Of a stretch of DNA of 64,000 bases, positions 56,103 through 64,000 are shown one piece after another (the stretch's first letter is position 1; each line of letters begins with the position of its first letter). Location: positions 57,412,001-57,476,000 of the forward strand of contig OZ024746.1 of NCBI GenBank assembly GCA_964016885.1, read 5' to 3'. This stretch comes from Eledone cirrhosa. Lineage: Eukaryota. The translations under genes and the position numbers were made by a program. The notes under the pieces were generated by a model. That model was given only the letters and a program-made list of their open reading frames with translations, ran no database searches and was not told the DNA's origin.

Positions 56103-57325
56103 CATATATTTATATACAGCTCGCTCATCCATGGGGCTCACTCTACTATTATCCGGTTCGATCTGTAATAAATCTTGCTTCGAGTTGATCGATAGAGGAA
56201 CATATGTAATATGTTAATAAATATGATATGATGCAACACTGAATCCTCGTTTGTAATATATATATATATTACCTCACAGCCGATAGCGGGCTTATACTAT
56301 TAAGTTTACGCTAAGCTATGTCAATATCTTAACACCAGATATATTTTATCTGGTGAAAGCATACTAAAATTTAGTATCCTTGAAATACGCATGATAAAAT
56401 AAATATGGTATTATAAAAATATTTACCATTTATTAATATTGTTAATGTATATATATATATATATATATATATATGCATACGTACACATATATATATAGTT
56501 TAAAGAGCGTTAACACCTGTATCCTGCATGTAAATGAAATGACTGAAGCAGACCTGGTACAGAATTTCCAATATTCAGTATAAAAATCAGTATAAGTCCC
56601 TTAACAAACCACGTTACAGCAATAACAACGTTACTATAAGGAATAAGAAAATGACAGTAACAATGTCCCACGTCTAATTTACGGCTAATTATAGTTGACC
56701 ATATTAAACCCATTACTTAACAGGTACTTGTTTTAATGAGATTTGACCAAAACGGATTGGGTAAGGTATTTTGAAATGGTTCTCTACACGATACTGGCAT
56801 ATATTTTGTTAAATACTGAACCAAAAATATCTAATATTTCTGTGCATTTTAATATAATTAATGCGTGCAACATTTAGAAAGCTAAATTCGTTTAATGTGT
56901 GAGATGTATGATATCAGGTAATGACTAAAATATTTTTCCTGCAGATACGGAAAAGATCCCCGGATGTGATTCTGCTTGGTTGAGCGTTATCTACGGAAGT
57001 TTAGCCTCACTGCAATTTGTCGAATTGATAATAAATGGATGGTTAAATGTCATATGAATAAATGTATATTTGTTTATATTGAACTCTGAAAGAATGATTG
57101 TTTTCAAATATTCGCATAGTGAAACCTATATTACTCAGAGCATGTAATTATATGGTGAGAAAAATAATACTACCGATTAATTTATGACGATTGATATCTA
57201 GGTTATAAACAGATTATGATTATTATTTAGAATACATATATTCTTGATATGATAAGGGGGAACTTCTATTAAATATTTAGTGTTTCTGCGTTACAGCCAT
57301 TCATATATAACATTTAATATATATA

Positions 57326-57480
57326 GGGTGGTGGTTTGGCGATCTGAGTTCAAATCCCACCTAGGTTAGCATTGCCTTTACTCCTTACGGGGTCGACAAA
57401 ATAAAGTACATATATAATGCCCTGAGTCGATTTAATCGGCTTTCCCTTCTCCCAAAAAGGGTCGCCTTGTTCCTAAATCA
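57326..57480 (+). mobile_element. Degenerate SINE family A relative
   Basis: CTGAGTTCAAATCCC and CCTTACGGGGTCGACAAAATAAAGTAC. Confidence 0.7.
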
Positions 57481-58059
57481 TTAACCAATATTTAATATAT
57501 GTGAAACATATCTCAGGGTGCGATTTTAAATTATAACCGATGTACACAAGATTACCTAACGAAACCTCCTCTATGTAGTAACCTCATTGAAAGGAACAGC
57601 AGAGGAGATACATAAACTCATATTTAAACGTCTTAGATAAGGGAACGTTCTATAGATATTGCAATCCTAGATATAATATTAGAATCTAGGAAATAATATT
57701 AGAAGCCTAATTGACTTGATCACAGTTCAGCAAATAGCTGTCATTAAACCTAGTTTGGAAAAACTGAAAGATATATAATTGTTAATAACCATCAATATAT
57801 CAAGCCGATTTATGCAAATACTGAAACTAGACTGGTCACTCTAGAATACGTACACCAGAATTTCTTAAAATGAAATGAAGTCCAAAAATGTTAGACTAGG
57901 ATTGTAGGTATTACAATCATATCATTGAGTGATGTGGGTTATTGAATTACAATTGGATGATAAAATCTTAGCTCGATAATTTGTAACGCTACAAATATCA
58001 ACTGGAATTGTTCTATATATAAGAAATATACTTGTTGACCACAGACAGAAGCACAAACG

Positions 58060-58126
<67 letters not shown>

Positions 58127-58127
58127 A

Positions 58128-60575
58128 GTGGCGATGAATTAGTTTTGCGAGGTTTTTTATATGAAATCGTGTGTCGAAACAAATATTGTTGTATTTGGGG
58201 AGGGTCGTATTTGTGTAATATTGCCAGAATTAATAACAGAACACACTCACTGTTTGGTTGGTTTTCGCTTCTCGCTGTCTTTTATATCTGTAATCTAACT
58301 TACTCGGTCCTCAATGTTGCCATTGACTGACCGACGGTCAAAAATAATACAGATACAATATAGACACAAACGCATATATATAGTTTATCATAAATCTTTC
58401 GTTGCACATCTGCAACATCGTCAGTGGTGTTATATTTTCCTCCTGTTGTGTTGTATGTCTACGCCATTTTTTATTCAGTCTGTCTATATATTTATTTATT
58501 TATTTGCGTGTTTGTTTATTTTGTCTTCTTTGCGCATGCATTTGCGTGTGTGTATAGTGTTATGTTTGCTGTGTGATGGGTGACTAGTGTGTGTTTATGT
58601 GCTTGTTGTTATTGTGCTTGTGTATGTATTTATTTATCTTATTTTATTTACTTATTTATACTTCTCTTAGGTCAGTGCTGTTTGTTTGGGTGTTGTTGTT
58701 ATTCCATTCATTCTTTCTGTTTAGCTTTGGTCTTCTAATTTCTATTTCACTGGCCTCTCTGATTTGCTTATCTGCTGGGTCATTTCTATGTTTAGATATT
58801 GTTCTAATTTCTATGTTGTCTATGTTACCGTCATGTTGTTGTCTAGCATGTTCGTATAGTACTGACCCGTTTTTTCGTCCTTTTAGTTTCCCCCAGTGTT
58901 GGTCTATCCTTTCACCTATGCTACGAGCTGTCTCACCTATGTATGTTGTTATTATGTTTCTAAAAGTACCCTCTGTACATCTTATGCTTTAGACTACGTT
59001 TCTAGTTTTACAGTTTATCCGGGGGTTCACCTTACATATGATACATTTTCTATTGGTACAGTGGGTTTTCTTAAAAGGGTAGGTTTTGCTGATCAGGGAT
59101 TTTATGGTGGTTCCTGGCTTTTATACCACCTTTATTTTTAAGTGGGTCTTTCTCAGGGCCTTTCTACACTGGTTAGCTAATTTCCCTCCAGGGGCGGCGT
59201 CCAGAAACATGACACTATGGTATCTCTGGTTGTCGTACCATGATGTGGCTTTCCCTATCTTATGCCTAGCACTATCTACGCTATTCCATGATTTTCTCCT
59301 GTATAATGGGCAAATTCCATCCATGTCCAGTTCTATGAGGGTATTATACCTTTCCATGGCTCCTTCGTATACTCTGACTCTGTCTCTTTGGTTGTAGCCA
59401 GAGAACTGCATGCGGTTGATGAAGTGTTGGATGTGTCTTTCCATTTCTGTTGGGTCGCACATGCTGAACACATTCTTCATCACTCGTACCAAATCTGCGA
59501 TCAGAATATTAAACTTAGCACTACTGGACATTGCTGAGTTTTTGAGTATCAGGTATTAGGAGGCCATGGGTTTAGCATAGTGTGAGTGGAGAATTTGGGC
59601 TCTCTCGTCTATAGTGTTAATCCAGAGTTCTGTGTCTAATACAGGTAGTCTATTGTTAGGGTGTTTGGAAGGGAAGTCGATAGTTACAGTTATACTCTGG
59701 TGTATGGAAATAGCTATCTGCTGGATGCTTTCCATCGTGCTACGTTCTAAATCAAACTTGTTAGTGCTCTTTAGTGGGGGTGTTCTTATAACTATATTGA
59801 TATCGTCTACATAACGAGAGTACATGATGAGGTCTATGGAGCTTTAATTAAGGAGATCTTTAAGTCTCCTTTCCCACCATACCATGAAAAGTTTGGCAAC
59901 ATCACCAGCTATGCAGACGCCGATGGCTGCTCCCTCATTTTGGGTGTAGATTTTCTCATTGAACTTAAATATGTGGCCCTTTAGGGTAGTTTTGATACTA
60001 GCCCCTATTGCATGTGCGACCATTTTTCTTATCTGATCATTGTTTTGGGGGTCTGTATAGCTTTGGTCCACCCAATCCACCTTCCCATGTGGGTCTGTTT
60101 TGCCATTGAGGTTATGGAGGGGGGGGGGGTCTACCTCTTATAGGTCTACTAGGGCAGAAACATCTAAGGTCATGGCTGTCTAGTTAGTCAGTGTCGTAGG
60201 TAAGTCTAAGTAGGAGGCCCAGTTTGTCTGTGTCGACGTCGCAGAACTCCACCTCACGCTCAATGATCATCTTCACACATATTTTCACAACAAAATCAAT
60301 GTTAATGGATGGGTACAGTGACACCACATCCATGCTGCCTATTATGCAGTTGGATAGGCTCCTGTTTTTGTTGCACTCACTGATTCTGCTGAGGAAGTCC
60401 TCTGTACTGTCACATACATCTGGGGACATCGTGATTATGGGGCGTATAACCATTGAGAGGAAGTAAGAGATCCTGTAGTTGCTAGCTATATTAGTTCCGC
60501 ATACGGGTCTTGTTGGTGGTCCTGTTTTCGGGTCGTCGACTGTTTTGTGGTCTTTGCGGAGCCCATAGTAATAGG
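58128..60575 (-). mobile_element. Penelope-like element (RT + GIY-YIG), same family as 44637-46610, longer 5' extent
   Basis: YYYGLRKDHK, TRPVC, IIGSMDVVSLYPSI, YTQNEGAAIG, YSRYVDD and YIGET in broken ORFs. The terminal repeat runs down to 58128. An oppositely oriented terminal copy lies at 60975-61147. Confidence 0.93.
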
Positions 60576-60692
60576 AAAATGTTTACCACCGACGGCAGAG
60601 CTCAAGCCGTTTCGACGACTATTTCCGGACACTGGAGTCCAGAAATAGCCGTCGAAACGGCTTGAGCTCTGCCGTCGGGATCAAGCATTTTT
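60572..60692. mobile_element. Short fold-back of the GGCTTGAGCTC family at the PLE 5' junction
   Basis: CCGACGGCAGAGCTCAAGCCGTTTCGACGACTATTTC pairs with GAAATAGCCGTCGAAACGGCTTGAGCTCTGCCGTCGG. Confidence 0.8.
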
Positions 60693-60742
60693 TTCTCTCT
60701 TACTCTCTCTCTCTCTCTCTCTCTCTCTTTATATATATACAC

Positions 60743-60884
<142 letters not shown>

Positions 60885-61890
60885 ATATATGCATATATAT
60901 ATATAAAAAAAGAAAATGTTCCCTCTACATGGCTGAATACAATAAATGTAATCTGATTTTTTTTTATACTTATAATTAACCGATATAAAAGACACAGAAG
61001 CGAAAACCAACCAAACAGTGAGTGTCTTTTGTTATTAATTCTGGCAATATTATTACACAAATATGACCCTCCCCAAGTATAACAATATCTATTTCGACAC
61101 ACGATTTCATATAAAAAATCTCGCAAAACTAATTCATCGCTGTTATAAATATATATATATATATATATATATGTAGATAAATCTACCAAGAGTTTACGGT
61201 AGTGTCCAATCCGTATCAAGAACTCAATGTAATCCGGATATCATGGAAAGAAGAGATGCATTCAAAAATCACTTAATTTTTATTATTTTTTGTTAACCTA
61301 TAATTATATTTTACTATAGATAAAATACAAAATCTGTTTTAATAATTATAAACCTAATTAACATATACTATAGAAATTAATATATAATTTTTAATTTAGT
61401 TAACCTATAATTTATATTCTACTACCGATGAAATACTTGATTTGGTTTTTTTCCCTATTACTAAATTCATTTCCTAATATTGATATCATAATGTTAATAT
61501 TTTTAATTTAGTTATGCTATAATTAATACTCTACTACTGTTTAACTTCAAAATTCCGCTTCAAAGATTATAAACCTAAGTAGTATACACCTTAACTATTT
61601 TTAATTTAGTTAACCTATAATTAATAGTCTACTTATCTTAAAATGCATAATTTTGCTTTCTTTCTTACATTTCCTAATACTGAAACTACTATGTAAACAC
61701 ATATTATGATCTAGATGCTATTTAATATTCTATGTTCCTTGAAACCTATTTTTACTATAATCCCCCCCTATAATTATTTGTATTTGTAAGCGTGGATGTA
61801 CATATGCATATGTAGGTAGGTATGTATGTTTGGGTGCCTGTATGTGAGTATAAAAATACATATGTGCGCATGTAAATAAGGGTGTATGAT

Positions 61891-61937
<47 letters not shown>

Positions 61938-62179
61938 ATATATGTGTATATATATGTGTGTGTATGTATATGTATATATATATATATATGTCTATGTGTA
62001 TGTGTGTATGTGTATATATATATATATATATATTTGTGTGCATAATTGTCTGACTGTGTGTATTTATTTATTTATTTATTTATTTATTTATTTTATATAT
62101 ATGTATATATGTATATGTGTATATATATGTACATATATATATATATGTATATATATATATGTATATATGTGTATGTATA

Positions 62180-62210
<31 letters not shown>

Positions 62211-62227
62211 TTATGTGTGTATATATA

Positions 62228-62266
<39 letters not shown>

Positions 62267-62404
62267 GTGTGTATGTATATCTCTTTATTTATGTATGTCT
62301 GAGTTGTGTGAGCGTGTAGTTGTATGTGTATATGCATACATGGATGTGTGTGTGTGTATATATGCGTATATGTATATGTCTGTGTGTGTGTGTATATGTA
62401 TGTA

Positions 62405-62543
<139 letters not shown>

Positions 62544-62572
62544 GGGTATGTATGTGTATATGTGTGTGTACA

Positions 62573-62623
<51 letters not shown>

Positions 62624-62738
62624 ATTGTGAATTATTTATATGTATATATATGTGTGTATGTATATGTGTCTATGTATTTATATGTGTATATGTATGTGTC
62701 TCTATATATGTGTGTGTGTATGTATATGTATATATGGT

Positions 62739-62783
<45 letters not shown>

Positions 62784-63438
62784 ATGTATATATGTATATA
62801 TATATATATATGTATCGATGTGTATTTTATATTTTACTTGGTTTTATATATATATATTTTTTTAATATTCTTCTTTTTATTTCTTAATTTATAGATACAT
62901 TTTTAAATAGGCAGTTTGTCTGACACCCGTAAATACTGCCCCCCCCCCACCTACTTTCTGTATCTGGATCTAAATATATGTGGCAGTGCTTATGTGCGCG
63001 CCTTAATGTCCATATGCTTATGATAATAATATATATACACACATATATGTGTGTGTGTGTGTGTGGGTGTGTGTGTGTGTGTATGTTCGTGGTTATGTGT
63101 ATGTTTATGCGTATATGCGCGTGTGTGTGTGAATGTATGTTTATGTGTGTATATATGAATGTATATATGTTTATATACGTGTATGTATTTTATCTGTAGA
63201 TTATAAACATACAGAGACATTAGCCCTGAATTTTTGTATTTACATACATTTTTTCGACATGCGTATGCATGTGAACATATATTTTTATGCATATCTGTGA
63301 ACGAAGTTACTTACATATATACACACACCTAACTGTATTTTCTAGATATATTTTTTGTGTATTTCATTGGTCAATTTGAACTCTGTTCCCAAAAAGACCT
63401 GTAATTTTGAATTGTTGTTATTATCAATAAATATATTT

Positions 63439-63587
63439 CATTATTTCTGAAGACGGCATATATATGTGTTGGTATGTATATTAAATTTGATAGTTTGTAT
63501 AATTTTGTATAATTTTGTACATAGATCTGTTGAATATGCATGCCAATTCTAACACATATATGTCCTAGAAACGATCGTTAAATAATG
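63439..63587 (+). ncRNA. Type I hammerhead with a very long stem II
   Basis: CAUUAUUU-CUGAAGA-cggcauauauauguguugg...cuaacacauauauguccua-GAAAC-GAUC-GUU^-AAAUAAUG, with an 8-bp perfect stem I. Confidence 0.8.
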
Positions 63588-63643
63588 AACTTTTTTTGTT
63601 TAATATAAGGAACTGTTTCATTGTTTTATTCATTATTTTCTTA

Positions 63644-63755
<112 letters not shown>

Positions 63756-63801
63756 TATGTATGTATATATTATATATGTATATGCGTATGCATATATTAT
63801 C

Positions 63802-63864
<63 letters not shown>

Positions 63865-63892
63865 AAATGTAATCTGAGTTTTTCGAGTATTA

Positions 63893-64000
63893 ATAATTGT
63901 TTCTACTTTAGGCACAAGGCCAGCCATACCCAGTGTATTACTGGTACTTTATTTTATCGACCCCGTAAGGATGAAAGGCAACGTAAACCTCGTCCGAGTA
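63893..64000 (-). mobile_element. SINE family A 3' half, at the window edge
   Basis: Reverse complement of the core and tail. Confidence 0.85.

Noticed and set aside
58128-58200. Hammerhead-like GCGAUGA...GAAAC-AAAUAUU-GUU at the PLE terminus
   Set aside because: The core deviates at two positions without compensation, stem I is inconsistent between copies, and it is antisense to the element.

Overview
This is eukaryotic, AT-rich, microsatellite-saturated genomic DNA with no confidently identifiable host gene. The (TA)n/(CA)n/(TATC)n density and the dominant tRNA-derived SINE suggest a mollusc, probably a cephalopod (inference). Most ORFs in the track are microsatellite translations. The recognisable coding remnants are all retrotransposons: two L1/Tx1-type LINEs, one R4/Dong-type RLE LINE in (TAA)n, three Penelope-like elements (PLEs; RT and/or GIY-YIG) and internally deleted RTE-type elements. 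There are also more than ten SINE copies, a 607/613-bp tandem array and a 31-bp minisatellite. The main signal is in the short unique islands between (TA)n tracts. Many are fold-back or partial-tandem non-coding modules carrying type I hammerhead ribozymes (HHRs) with palindromic or near-palindromic stem III. About ten sequence families are visible by eye, including two with a compensatory U3-A8 core (UUGAnAA), one with a U4C core (CCGAUGA) in both of its copies, and several with very long stem II inserts. All folds were made by eye, and activity and novelty are untested.
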